A stretch of 64,000 nucleotides of DNA from Bdellovibrionales bacterium (GCA_965200875.1 OZ241456.1:1248001-1312000), one strand, 5' to 3'; numbered from the stretch's first letter, positions 18,032 through 27,794 are shown. Made by a program: numbers and translations. The notes: generated from the sequence alone by a model not told the origin.

Positions 18032-18307
18032 ATGTGGCAAATTGTCTTTACAAATAAAGCTCGTAAAAACTTTAAGAAGCTTCCTAGGCAGATCCAAGAG
18101 CAAACAGTTCTTTTAATAAATGAAATACAATTTGCAGGACCTATCAGAAGAAATTGGTCACATTTTTCAAAATTGATGAAAAATGAATATCATTGTCACT
18201 TAAAAAAAGGACATCCAACTTATGTTGTCTGCTGGAAAGTGATAAGTAAACAATTAAAAACTGTGGAGGTTTATTATGTCGGCACACATGAAAAAGCACC
18301 TTACTAA
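18032..18307 (+). CDS. RelE/HigB-like toxin
   Basis: W.IVFT.KA.K.FKKLP start, YHCHL, VEVYYVGTHE end; 91 aa basic protein. Confidence 0.78.
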   Translation: MWQIVFTNKARKNFKKLPRQIQEQTVLLINEIQFAGPIRRNWSHFSKLMKNEYHCHLKKGHPTYVVCWKVISKQLKTVEVYYVGTHEKAPY

Positions 18308-18653
18308 GGTAATGATAGGAAATGAAAAATTTAAATTGCGTTCCAAGGAGGTTAAAACTCTTTTGTCTTTGGTAAAAATTATGGAAAAATCGTACTCTCC
18401 GGGTAAAGATAACGCGAATTGGCCGATTGTTTATAAAGAAAATTTTGGTAATATGCCAGAGTGGGCTTTGTGTTTACGCTCAGCTCGCCGAAAAAAAAAA
18501 CTTTCTCAAAAAGAGTTAAGTAAAAAATGTCAGATTCCCATAACCACTATTTCAAAATATGAAAATGGAGAACGAAAAATCTCTGAACCTCAGGCTAAAA
18601 AATTAGCTAAAGCTTTACAAACACACTTTAAAGTGTTTTTGATTAAAAAATAA
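18276..18653 (+). CDS. XRE-family HTH antitoxin (HigA-like)
   Basis: LRSARRKKKLSQKELS...ISKYENGER; overlaps the toxin gene. Confidence 0.82.
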   Translation: MSAHMKKHLTKVMIGNEKFKLRSKEVKTLLSLVKIMEKSYSPGKDNANWPIVYKENFGNMPEWALCLRSARRKKKLSQKELSKKCQIPITTISKYENGERKISEPQAKKLAKALQTHFKVFLIKK

Positions 18654-18666
18654 AGAAATTATAATG

Positions 18667-19614
18667 TTAAATTTTTCCAACTTTAGCAAGATGCCAATAA
18701 AATTGACCTTTTTCTGTTAAACTACAACTTTTGTTATTCATAGTCGCATAATACATATGCTCTTCATCATCTGGTCTCACAAGACCATTTCTGCAATAAT
18801 CTTGTAGTATGTTCATTTTTTTTTCATTAGGATGATTTTTAGGTTCTTCGGTCGGTTCGTAACTTTTATCAAGTTTATGCTTTGAAGCTGGTTCTGGAAA
18901 AAAATTTGTTAGTTCCCTAAGTATTTGTCGCTCAATTTGCGGTTTACAAACTCTAATTGGTGTTGGTCTGGAAATATGTGTTTTAAATAAAGGACGTTGC
19001 TCCCATGCTCCAAAAATTGGTTCAACATGAGCATATATACTCGCAGTTGTAACTATCCCAAGTAAATCAGCGGCACTTCCTTTTAAAGCATCACAAACAA
19101 GTGATGTAAAAAGGCCTCCATTAATACCTTCCATTGCAACTTGATTGGGTCTGCTGGCAGTCAATATGGTAATACCTTCTCTAATGAAAGCTGAAGTACT
19201 GTCAATCTCAGGTAAAGAACCAAGTTTCCCACTAAAACAACAGTCCAACATTAGTATACATTCTTTAATTTGTGATTTGTTAGCAAGATGAAGAATCTCT
19301 CTCATAGCTACACCTTCATCATATTTTTTAGCATCCTGAGTTACAATATAACCTCCAAGATTGTTTGAGATCCCATGACCAGAAAAATAAAAGAAGGCCA
19401 TATCTGCTGGGTCTTTAAAAAGTTTTTCTATACAGGATCTTAAACCTGCTCTTGTAATTTCTGCATTATCTGAAGTTAATATTTTACACTCAAAGTTAGG
19501 AGTACCATCTTCATTTTTTGAAATCAATTTTTGGATATTTTTAGCATCTGTTATACAACCAGTTAAATGTGCTATTTCATAATCATCAATACCAACTACT
19601 AATGCTCTTTTCAT
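18667..19614 (-). CDS. Caspase-like protease (peptidase C14)
   Basis: ALVVGIDDY, FYFSGHG (His) and LDCCFSG (Cys) dyad, GLFT. Confidence 0.92.
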   Translation of the reverse strand: MKRALVVGIDDYEIAHLTGCITDAKNIQKLISKNEDGTPNFECKILTSDNAEITRAGLRSCIEKLFKDPADMAFFYFSGHGISNNLGGYIVTQDAKKYDEGVAMREILHLANKSQIKECILMLDCCFSGKLGSLPEIDSTSAFIREGITILTASRPNQVAMEGINGGLFTSLVCDALKGSAADLLGIVTTASIYAHVEPIFGAWEQRPLFKTHISRPTPIRVCKPQIERQILRELTNFFPEPASKHKLDKSYEPTEEPKNHPNEKKMNILQDYCRNGLVRPDDEEHMYYATMNNKSCSLTEKGQFYWHLAKVGKI

Positions 19615-20018
19615 CTATTTTTACCTTCTGTCATCATTTGCGAAATGACATTTGCAATCTTATCCCAATGCCAATATATACTTCTGTTTTCCTTTAAGCC
19701 AGAAGGTAAAGTGGAATAATGGTTAGCTCCATCAACATAAACACCAAAAAAGGGAACATCTTGTTTTTGTGCCATAATAATTTCCTTTTCCACACCAACA
19801 GCATTTCCCATATTTTTACCAACTAACACTATCATTAAGGTACATTTCTTAATTTTATCTTCTACTATTCGCTCCCATTGAGATTGAGGTAGTGAAGTTT
19901 TTGATGACCAATCAGTTATTGCAAAAGGTGTTTTGGAATTTTTCGATTGACCTACAAATAAGTTTTTTTCATTTTCATTGTGATCATAATCAAAACTTAT
20001 AAACACTCTGGGTCCCAT
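19611..20018 (-). CDS. TIR-domain protein (ThsB-like)
   Basis: RVFISFDY, DWS, MIVLVG, GVEKEI (catalytic Glu position); ATGA overlap with the caspase gene. Confidence 0.88.
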   Translation of the reverse strand: MGPRVFISFDYDHNENEKNLFVGQSKNSKTPFAITDWSSKTSLPQSQWERIVEDKIKKCTLMIVLVGKNMGNAVGVEKEIIMAQKQDVPFFGVYVDGANHYSTLPSGLKENRSIYWHWDKIANVISQMMTEGKNR

Positions 20019-20184
20019 ACTCCCCTCCTCTTTTTAGAGAGATATAACAGATAAGATAAATATGTCAATATATTTTCTATCTAACATCTCTTAAAACAAT
20101 TTATTTTCATACCGCCTTATGCCTTAACAAACTGTCCAAATATGAAAACTATATCAGGTTCAGAGCACATTTTTTTTGCAATTA

Positions 20185-20388
20185 CTCCTCTGTGAAAAAG
20201 TATGTTTACTTAAGGAAAAAGGATGAAACATCTTCCTAAAACTCAGCAAGATTCCCGTTTTCACGGGAATGACAGCTGTATGAAAAGAGGTTCAATTATT
20301 ACACCCTTCTTTCATGTACCTTCTCAAGGGACGTCATTCCCGCGAAAGCGGGAATCCAGTCAAAATAACATATTTTTTCACGGGCCAC
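20185..20388. mobile_element. Compound MITE-like element with two inverted ATTCCC-N8-GGGAAT palindromes (20250-20273, 20332-20357)
   Basis: Same GTGAAAAA ends and AACATA subterminal motif as the other copies. Confidence 0.72.
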
Positions 20389-20597
20389 TCATTATAATCA
20401 GTGGCCCTAAATATGAAATTAGATCAATGATCCCATTTTTTTTAATTTCTAAGATTGCACTGAAGTCGGGAACATTGTAAAATAAATAGATACAAATCAA
20501 AATAGTAATCCAACACAAATTTTAGAAGTCTGGAAATAAAAATGAAAACACAAGCTAAACCATATATATTCTGTGATCAAAATGTAATGGAGCAGAA

Positions 20598-21590
20598 ATG
20601 AATTTTAGTAAAAAACAAAAATCTGAAAATAATCGTTCAAAAGGTGAAGTATTCAAAATTGTCCAAAAATGTCTCAAAGACCCTCCCTTGATCATTTGGG
20701 GATCTGGAGCAACTATTCCTTACGGCTTGCCAAGTATGGAGAATCTAAAACAATGTCTAAAATCTGAAATAGGAAACCCAGAGGAGAATACTAACCTTGA
20801 AATAGAACTTGGAAAAATTGAAAGTCAGAATAAAATTGATAAAATTAAAAAGATTATCAGAAGTGAAGTTCTTCAAAAAAACTTGGAGTGTTTGAAAAAA
20901 TCCATACAGACACCAAATTATTTTGAAGCAATAGAAAAAATGATAAGAAAATTTTACACTGCTCACCCTCAAAAGCTGGATATTGTCACAACTAATTATG
21001 ATTGCATTTTAGAGTATGCTCTATCAAAGACTGATTATAATTTTACAGATGGATTTACCGGAAGACCACTATCAAAATTTAAGTCAGAAGTTTTTGGCAC
21101 AAAAGAAATTATCAATCTAATCAAAGTTCATGGTTCTTTAAATTGGTTTTCTGATAACAACGACAATATATTTTATTTACCCGGTGAATATAAATTTGAC
21201 AACTTGAAATATACGATGATTCCACCGGCCAGAGAGAGAAAATATCAAGAAGCTCTTTTAAAAGAACCATACAGAACTCTCATTAGAAAAACAGACAATA
21301 TAATTGAACATGCAAACAGCTTTTTGGTTGTTGGTTTTGGATTTAATGATGAACATTTGACACCAAAAATTGATGGTAAAATTAAAACAGGCACTCCCAT
21401 TGTGATTATCACTAAACAAGCCACTGATTCCTGTAAAAATAAATTGAGTAATGCTGAAAAATATTGTTTATTTGAAAGTAACGAAAATGGAACAAAAATT
21501 ACATTGAAAGAAAATAAAGATAATACTGAAAAATCCATTGAACTCAAGGGAAATTATTGGGAACTTAATAAATTTATGGAGGTTTTATGA
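20598..21590 (+). CDS. SIR2-like domain protein (SIR2-HerA defence system)
   Basis: WGSGA, TTNYD, KVHGSLNW, VGFGFNDEH. Confidence 0.9.
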   Translation: MNFSKKQKSENNRSKGEVFKIVQKCLKDPPLIIWGSGATIPYGLPSMENLKQCLKSEIGNPEENTNLEIELGKIESQNKIDKIKKIIRSEVLQKNLECLKKSIQTPNYFEAIEKMIRKFYTAHPQKLDIVTTNYDCILEYALSKTDYNFTDGFTGRPLSKFKSEVFGTKEIINLIKVHGSLNWFSDNNDNIFYLPGEYKFDNLKYTMIPPARERKYQEALLKEPYRTLIRKTDNIIEHANSFLVVGFGFNDEHLTPKIDGKIKTGTPIVIITKQATDSCKNKLSNAEKYCLFESNENGTKITLKENKDNTEKSIELKGNYWELNKFMEVL

Positions 21591-23293
21591 ATCCAAAAGA
21601 ACAAAAGCCGTTGGGAAAAGTGGAAAGCGTGGATACGGGTAATGTGATTATCAAAGTTATTGAAGATCAAAAACTCAATAGCATTCAGGTTAATAATTTG
21701 CTTCGTATTCGCTCCACAAAAACAGGAGAAGCCATTATTGGTCTGGTTGTAAAAATTATGCGAAAATCTTCTGATAAGCCAGAACCTGATAACCCTGAAG
21801 AAATTATTGTTGAAAATGTAATAAAAGCCTGCTTGGTTGGAACATTATTGGATAAACATGGTGAAAAATCCAATGTGTTTAAAAGAACACTGGAAACAGT
21901 GCCAAGCCTTGATGCTGATTGTTTTCTTATAGAAGGTGAGGAGCTTTCAAGTTTTATGCAGTCTTTGTCTGTTGGAGATAAAGAAAAAGAAAAGTCATTA
22001 AAAATTGGAAAATATGTGATATCAAAAGATGCTGAAACTTATCTGGATGGCAATAAGTTTTTTCAAAGACATGCTGTAATTGTTGGAAGCACTGGTTCTG
22101 GCAAATCTTGGACTGTCGCTAAAATCTTGGAAAAATCCTCTCAATTACAATCTGTGAACAGTATTATTTTTGACATTCATGGAGAATACAAGCCATTAAA
22201 AGAATTGGATAATACAACTTTGTTAAAAGTAGCTGGACCTATGGATAATGAGGATAGAGAAGAAACTATATACTTGCCCTATTGGCTTTTATCCTATGAA
22301 GAAATAATGGCAATGATGTTGGATAGAAGTGATCAGAATGCTCCCAATCAGTCAAGGGCTTTGTTTGATCTGGTGATCAAACACAAAAAGAAGAAATTGA
22401 AAGAAAATCAAAAACAAGATATTCTGAATAATTTTACCATTGATAGCCCTGTCCCCTACTCTATAGGTGAAGTGTTAAAAGAACTTGAAATCAAAGATAC
22501 AGAAATGGTGCCTGGTTCTGGAAATAGAGACAAACAAGGACCTCTATATGGAAAGCTAACCCGTTTTATACAAAGGCTTAAAAGCAAACAAACTGATAAA
22601 AGATTAAATTTTCTGTTTAATAATAGTTCAAGCTTACAAAAATATGAATGGCTTGAAACTTTGGTTGAAAAACTAATGGATTTTAATAATAAGAAAGGAA
22701 ACAAAATTATTGATTTTTCAGAGGTGCCCTCAGATATATTGCCATTGATAACAGGCTTAGTGACAAGGTTGATTTTTTCCATTCAGCAATGGACTGATCT
22801 CGCTAAAAGGCATCCTATTGCCTTGTTTTGTGATGAAGCGCATTTGTATATCCCTGTTAATATAGAGACTTCCAGTGTTGAGGAGCGAGGGCTTTATAAT
22901 TTTGAAAGAGTTGCCAAAGAAGGAAGAAAATATGGGGTTTCTCTTGTAGTAATTAGTCAGAGACCGGCGGATGTCAGCAAAACTGTTTTAAGTCAATGTG
23001 GGAATTTCGTATCAATGCGACTTTCAAACCCTGATGATCAAAATGTTATAAGACGGCTATTCCCGGATAGCTTGGGAAATTTTGCTGAATTATTGCCTAT
23101 TTTAGATATAGGGGAAAGTTTAATCGTGGGAGATGCCTGTTTGCTCCCAAGCAGAGTAAAAATTGATGAACCAAAAATTAAGCCAAAAAGTGCCACAGTT
23201 AATTTTTGGGACGAATGGAAAAAAGATAAGAAAGATAAAGGGATAAAATCAGCTCTTGAAGATTTAAGAAGACAAAGCAAATCTAATAAATAA
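21587..23293 (+). CDS. herA: HerA/FtsK-family ATPase (SIR2-HerA defence system)
   Basis: N-terminal barrel, GSTGSGKS, DIHGEY, CDEAH, KEGRKYG, SQRP; ATGA overlap with SIR2. Confidence 0.92.
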   Translation: MNPKEQKPLGKVESVDTGNVIIKVIEDQKLNSIQVNNLLRIRSTKTGEAIIGLVVKIMRKSSDKPEPDNPEEIIVENVIKACLVGTLLDKHGEKSNVFKRTLETVPSLDADCFLIEGEELSSFMQSLSVGDKEKEKSLKIGKYVISKDAETYLDGNKFFQRHAVIVGSTGSGKSWTVAKILEKSSQLQSVNSIIFDIHGEYKPLKELDNTTLLKVAGPMDNEDREETIYLPYWLLSYEEIMAMMLDRSDQNAPNQSRALFDLVIKHKKKKLKENQKQDILNNFTIDSPVPYSIGEVLKELEIKDTEMVPGSGNRDKQGPLYGKLTRFIQRLKSKQTDKRLNFLFNNSSSLQKYEWLETLVEKLMDFNNKKGNKIIDFSEVPSDILPLITGLVTRLIFSIQQWTDLAKRHPIALFCDEAHLYIPVNIETSSVEERGLYNFERVAKEGRKYGVSLVVISQRPADVSKTVLSQCGNFVSMRLSNPDDQNVIRRLFPDSLGNFAELLPILDIGESLIVGDACLLPSRVKIDEPKIKPKSATVNFWDEWKKDKKDKGIKSALEDLRRQSKSNK

Positions 23294-23328
23294 TTTTCTA
23301 ATTCAGGTATGTTGAAATGCAGGTATAT

Positions 23329-23994
23329 TTAAGAAAAAACTTTTGGTGTAAAGTCTTTCTCATTTTGAATGATAACATCATCTATCGCATCAACAACAAA
23401 AAAACCTTGCTTTTGAGCTAAATGGCTAGCCGATTTATTATTGGACTTTATTAAAAAAGCCATTGCTCCATAAATGGTTTTGTTTTTAAATACTGGCCAC
23501 CAGTTTGTAAAATTCTTAAGGTTTTCTGTAAATTCCTTCACATCGGAAGGATCTAAAGTGGCTTTCACTTCCACAACCACAGCCTCTTTCTCATTGATAG
23601 CGATAATATCAAACTCTGTAAAAGCGTTTTTGGCATTGGTAATGACTCTTTCCACTTCGATTCCTCTCTCCTTTAATTGCTGAGCCAGACTACCTTTGAC
23701 AAGGTTTTCACCCAGTTTGCCCCAACCATTTCCAGAATCTCCAATAACATCATTGATTTGTTTATCGATTTCTTTCATTTGTTGATTGGTTTCTTTGTGG
23801 CTGATGGTCAGCTCTTTCATTTGTTGATCGGTTTCTTTTTGGATGGCGCGAATCTCCTGCATTTCCTGCCTTGCTTCTTTATGGCTGTCTTGAAGCTCTT
23901 TTTGGTTGGCAGAAACTTCTTTTAAGTTTTTTTGTGTTTCCTTTAAAAGACTCCAGATTTCATCTGAAACAGGTACGGCTGATTGGTGACTCAT
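23329..23994 (-). CDS. Coiled-coil plus PD-(D/E)XK-like protein (DUF3782-like)
   Basis: KETDQQMKE repeats, WGKLGENLV, EFDIIA..VVEVK. Confidence 0.72.
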   Translation of the reverse strand: MSHQSAVPVSDEIWSLLKETQKNLKEVSANQKELQDSHKEARQEMQEIRAIQKETDQQMKELTISHKETNQQMKEIDKQINDVIGDSGNGWGKLGENLVKGSLAQQLKERGIEVERVITNAKNAFTEFDIIAINEKEAVVVEVKATLDPSDVKEFTENLKNFTNWWPVFKNKTIYGAMAFLIKSNNKSASHLAQKQGFFVVDAIDDVIIQNEKDFTPKVFS

Positions 23995-24124
23995 TTATGG
24001 ACTCCTTATGACTATTGATATTATCATACTATAAATGTTGTGAAAAAACCATTTAAAACTGTAGGAGTTTTTGTAAGCCTCTAAAACCAAACTTTGAAAT
24101 CATCTTATGAAAATAAATTGACTT

Positions 24125-24164
24125 TGGTTTTGACCTTGACAGTCAAAACCATAAAAATTATACT
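24125..24164 (+). promoter_or_regulatory. Near-consensus sigma70 promoter with an inverted repeat around the -35 box
   Basis: TTGACA(24136)-17 nt-TATACT(24159); arms TGGTTTTGAC/GTCAAAACCA at 24125-24151. Confidence 0.6.
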
Positions 24165-24170
24165 AAGTTA

Positions 24171-24224
24171 ATAGCCTGTGAAAAACCCTTTTTCCTTAAG
24201 AAAACATACTTTTTCACGGAAGAC
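24171..24224. repeat. Short (54 bp) MITE-like copy without the palindrome
   Basis: CCTGTGAAAAA...AACATACTTTTTCACGG; reverse complement similar to 20191-20222. Confidence 0.65.
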
Positions 24225-24280
24225 TAAATTAAACAGAATTATGTACCTCTCCAAAAAATAAATTCTGGAATTTTTATTTT

Positions 24281-24547
24281 ATGGAAATAAAGATACAACA
24301 TATTATGATTATAAGTATTATTATCAGTGCTGGGATTCTTATATCTTCTATTTTAAATTTACGTAAAACAAATACTATTATTTTAGATCAAAAAATTATT
24401 AAGGAAAGTTTAAAAACAGAGAAGGACCTTATCAGAAGCATTATATATGAGACTTTAACTCAAGAACAGTATAATCTTTTAAAAGAGAAGGGGAAATTGG
24501 ATGAGAACAAGTTATACCTGATATCTGATAAACATTCGTCTAAGTAG
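24281..24547 (+). CDS. Small membrane-anchored hypothetical protein
   Basis: N-terminal TM segment; C-terminal LTQEQYNLL..GKLDENKLYLI. Confidence 0.6.
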   Translation: MEIKIQHIMIISIIISAGILISSILNLRKTNTIILDQKIIKESLKTEKDLIRSIIYETLTQEQYNLLKEKGKLDENKLYLISDKHSSK

Positions 24548-24669
24548 TGGTCCGTGAAAAAGTATGTTATTTCCCTGGATTCCCGCCTGCGCGGGAATGA
24601 CGTACCAAGAGGGATTTTTCTTTTTAACAGACAAGTAACCTGTTTTATCAGAGGTTTTTCACGGGTGAC
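24547..24669. mobile_element. 123-bp MITE-like element with TAAGTA direct repeats
   Basis: Ends GTGGTCCGTGAAAAA / TTTTTCACGGGTGAC; TAAGTA at 24541-24546 and 24670-24675; palindrome 24577-24602. Confidence 0.82.
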
Positions 24670-24742
24670 TAAGTAGTTGGTGGCCATGAATAAATGATAA
24701 AATATTATTATCACTTGATTTTTTTATAATTTAGGTAAAAGT

Positions 24743-25954
24743 ATGAAAAGGCAAAAAGCATTAATTACCCCTTCTGTTATTAAGTGGGCCAGAGAAACAT
24801 CTCGCTATTCCCTTGATACTGTTGCAAAAAAAATAGGAGTCTCACCAGATAAACTGAAAGAATGGGAACAAGGTGTAAGCCTGCCGAGTCTTGCACAAGC
24901 CAGAAAAATGTCAGAGATCTATAGACGACCGTTAGCGACTTTTTATCTCCCTCATCCCCCAGAGGATTTTACTTTGCTCCAAGATTTTCGTACTATGGAA
25001 GGTAAAACTCCTGAATATAGCCCTCCCTTGGTATTCTTTATGAGGCAAATACAGGAACGCCAAGCTTGGCTCAGCCAATATTTACAGGAGCAAGGACATA
25101 ACAAGCTTCACTTTATTGGTTCATTGAGTGTTAAATCCTCTGTAAAATCAGTCGCAAAAAATATTATCAATACCATTTGGGGAAATGAAAGACAATACTC
25201 TGAAGTATGGGATAACACTCGCAATGTAGAAGTTCTTTTAACTCAATGGATTAACCAGTGTGAAAGGAAAGGAATTTTTATTTCCCGGACCAGTAATTTA
25301 AACTCCCACAATCCAATACCTGTCAAAGAAGCAAGGGGTTTTGTTATTTCAGACCCGTATGCCCCTTTTATATTTATCAATTCAAAAGATGCCGAAAATG
25401 CAAAGTTATTTACACTTTTACATGAGCTTGCTCACTTATGGTTGGATATCTCTGGTGTACCGGATCATTTTTTGTCCAGTAAAAAATCAAAAGTAGAGTC
25501 TTTTTGTAATCAAACAGCGGCTGAGATACTTCTGCCACAGGAGAAGATAAAAACTTTTTCAATAGTAACCAGCTTTAATCCAAAAGAGTTAAAAGAATTT
25601 ATAAACAAACATTGTAAAACATTAAAAGTGAGTAGTCTAGCCTTGTTGATTAGATTAAAAAGTCAGTCTTTTATAAAATCTCAGATTTTTGAATCTCTTA
25701 AAAAAGAATATGTCAAGGAATCTGAACAATACAGAAAGAGAAGAGAGGAACAAATGAAAAAAAACAAAGGCGGACCTCCTGCCACCCTCTTAAAAATTTA
25801 TGCCAATGGAGAAAGTTTTACGAAAATTGTTTTTTTCTCTTACAAAGAGGGAATTTTAACTGGTCGGGAAGCTTCGAATCTTTTAGACATGAAGCTTGGC
25901 AGTCTGGAAAAAGCCATAGAGGGTAAACTCATTAAAACGACAGGGGTAATATGA
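24743..25954 (+). CDS. XRE HTH fused to ImmA/IrrE-family metallopeptidase
   Basis: N-terminal HTH (WARE...VAKKIGV...WEQG), DFR, RGF, FTLLHELAH, E.FCN..AAE.LLP. Confidence 0.9.
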   Translation: MKRQKALITPSVIKWARETSRYSLDTVAKKIGVSPDKLKEWEQGVSLPSLAQARKMSEIYRRPLATFYLPHPPEDFTLLQDFRTMEGKTPEYSPPLVFFMRQIQERQAWLSQYLQEQGHNKLHFIGSLSVKSSVKSVAKNIINTIWGNERQYSEVWDNTRNVEVLLTQWINQCERKGIFISRTSNLNSHNPIPVKEARGFVISDPYAPFIFINSKDAENAKLFTLLHELAHLWLDISGVPDHFLSSKKSKVESFCNQTAAEILLPQEKIKTFSIVTSFNPKELKEFINKHCKTLKVSSLALLIRLKSQSFIKSQIFESLKKEYVKESEQYRKRREEQMKKNKGGPPATLLKIYANGESFTKIVFFSYKEGILTGREASNLLDMKLGSLEKAIEGKLIKTTGVI

Positions 25955-26424
25955 AAAAATACTGCCTAGATACCAATGTTTTTATAGAACCCTGGAAAAG
26001 GTATTATTCTCCTCAATTCACAAAAGGATATTGGAATTTGCTTAAACAATATGGTAAAAAAGGTATTATTTTTGCCACAATGGAAGTGAAAAATGAAATT
26101 AAAAAAATTGATGATGATCTTTTACAGTGGGTCAAAACTTCAGAACTGTTTAGAGAACCTGATGAATCTGTGCAAACCTTTTTGAGAAAAATTATGGAAA
26201 AATATTCCAGATTGGTGGATAATGTAAAAGGTAGATCTATGGCTGATCCTTGGGTAATTGCTCATGCTCAATCTGAGGGGGCCACAGTAGTCACTACAGA
26301 GCAAAAAGCTCCTAAGAAAATAAAAATTCCGGATGTGTGCGAAAAAGAAAATATACCTTGTATTGATATTCATGATTTTGTTAAAGAATTAAAAATAGAA
26401 TTTACAGCAAAAATTAAAAAATAA
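25951..26424 (+). CDS. DUF4411-family PIN-domain protein
   Basis: YCLDTNVFI, ADPWVIAHA, VVTTE, KIPDVC; ATGA overlap. Confidence 0.88.
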   Translation: MKKYCLDTNVFIEPWKRYYSPQFTKGYWNLLKQYGKKGIIFATMEVKNEIKKIDDDLLQWVKTSELFREPDESVQTFLRKIMEKYSRLVDNVKGRSMADPWVIAHAQSEGATVVTTEQKAPKKIKIPDVCEKENIPCIDIHDFVKELKIEFTAKIKK

Positions 26425-26485
26425 TGGCTTTATAGATTAAATAAATATAGAAAACATGAGGATTTTAACCTAAAGAGAATAAATT

Positions 26486-27748
26486 ATGAATTTGATTACG
26501 AGTCTTCTTTTACTGTTAATTTGTGCCCGTATTTTTGGTCGGTTGTTTAAGTCTATTGGCTTTCAGGAAATTATCGGCGAAATACTGGGGGGACTATTAA
26601 TAGGTCTGACCACTTTAGTATCTCCCAACGAAGAATTAAACGGCATTGTGGAACTGGCCGTGTTTTTGTTGATTTTTGCCGCTGGGCTGGAAATGAATTT
26701 GAAAGATATTTTTTCTGCTCTTAGAAAAAAAGCTCTGATATGCGCCCTGACCAGCTTTACTATCTCTTTTACAGCTGGCATTCTTGTGTCCCGCTTCATG
26801 GACTTAAAGCTGATTCCCTCATTAGTAGTGGGACTTTGTTTTGCTATCACAGCTATGCCAGTGGTCGTTGGGTTTTTACAAAATCTGAAAATAATGGACA
26901 CCCAAGTGGGACACCTTATCATGGGTTCCACAGTCCTGATTGATATAGTGGCTCTGCTCTTCCTAGGAATCACCTTTGATATGGACAAAACACATACAGT
27001 TTTTGAGTTTATAAAAATCTTTTCTTTCAAAACATTTAAGATGGCTTTTTTCTTTATAGCCATCATGTTGGTGAATAAGTTTTTGCGGTCAGAGATTTCC
27101 CGTGCCAATAAAACCGAAAAAGCTTTTAACAAGCTTATCAGCTATCTGGGAAAAGAAGCCATTTTTGGTTTGGGAATTGTTTTTGTGTTAGGCTTTTCCA
27201 CTCTCAGTGAAGTGTTGGGTTTTCATTTTATTATAGGAGCTTTTTTCGGAGGATTGCTTTTAAACAAAGATATTATTGGAACAACCGCTTTCCTTTCCAT
27301 GACCAGAACTTTAAACGCAATTACCAGCCATTTTCTGACGCCAATTTTTTTCGCCTATATTGGGTTACATTTTTCCATTGATGCCTTTAACGAATGGAAG
27401 TTGTTGCTACTTGTAATGTCCATTGCTTTCCTTAGCAAAATTCTAGGATCGTGGCTGGGTAGTCGCTTGGCTTGCTTCACCAGTAAAGAAGCCCTGCAAG
27501 TGGGTATCATTCTTAACTCCAGAGGAGTATTAGATCTTATCGTCGCCAACTTGGCTTACTCAAAGGGTTATATTAGTGCCGATATTTTTTCCATTCTCAT
27601 ATTCTTAGGTGTCAGCAGTGTTATTATAAACCCTTTTCTATACAGGAGATTTATTCCCTCTTCCTCCTCCCCTCCTCCTTCCTCTCCATCCGGGAAAGAA
27701 AACCACGACAAAAAAGAAGAGAACGACAAAGGCATTTATATCCGATGA
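26486..27748 (+). CDS. Cation:proton antiporter (CPA2/Kef-type)
   Basis: Many TM segments; IIGEILGG, IFAAGLE, IIGAFFGG, PIFFAYIG, NSRG. Confidence 0.88.
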   Translation: MNLITSLLLLLICARIFGRLFKSIGFQEIIGEILGGLLIGLTTLVSPNEELNGIVELAVFLLIFAAGLEMNLKDIFSALRKKALICALTSFTISFTAGILVSRFMDLKLIPSLVVGLCFAITAMPVVVGFLQNLKIMDTQVGHLIMGSTVLIDIVALLFLGITFDMDKTHTVFEFIKIFSFKTFKMAFFFIAIMLVNKFLRSEISRANKTEKAFNKLISYLGKEAIFGLGIVFVLGFSTLSEVLGFHFIIGAFFGGLLLNKDIIGTTAFLSMTRTLNAITSHFLTPIFFAYIGLHFSIDAFNEWKLLLLVMSIAFLSKILGSWLGSRLACFTSKEALQVGIILNSRGVLDLIVANLAYSKGYISADIFSILIFLGVSSVIINPFLYRRFIPSSSSPPPSSPSGKENHDKKEENDKGIYIR

Positions 27749-27794
27749 AAAGAGGACTCTTGTAATTTTGTGGAAAAAGTGCCATAAAGATAAT

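Noticed and set aside
16225..20480. Short ORFs 16225-16428 and 20223-20480 (also 24460-24714) containing RHSRENGNP or SFPRKRES-type peptides
   Set aside because: Translations of the palindromic repeat elements, not genes.
13640..26480. Integrative element or prophage inserted at tRNA-Glu
   Set aside because: No integrase, phage structural genes or duplicated tRNA 3' end found by eye.
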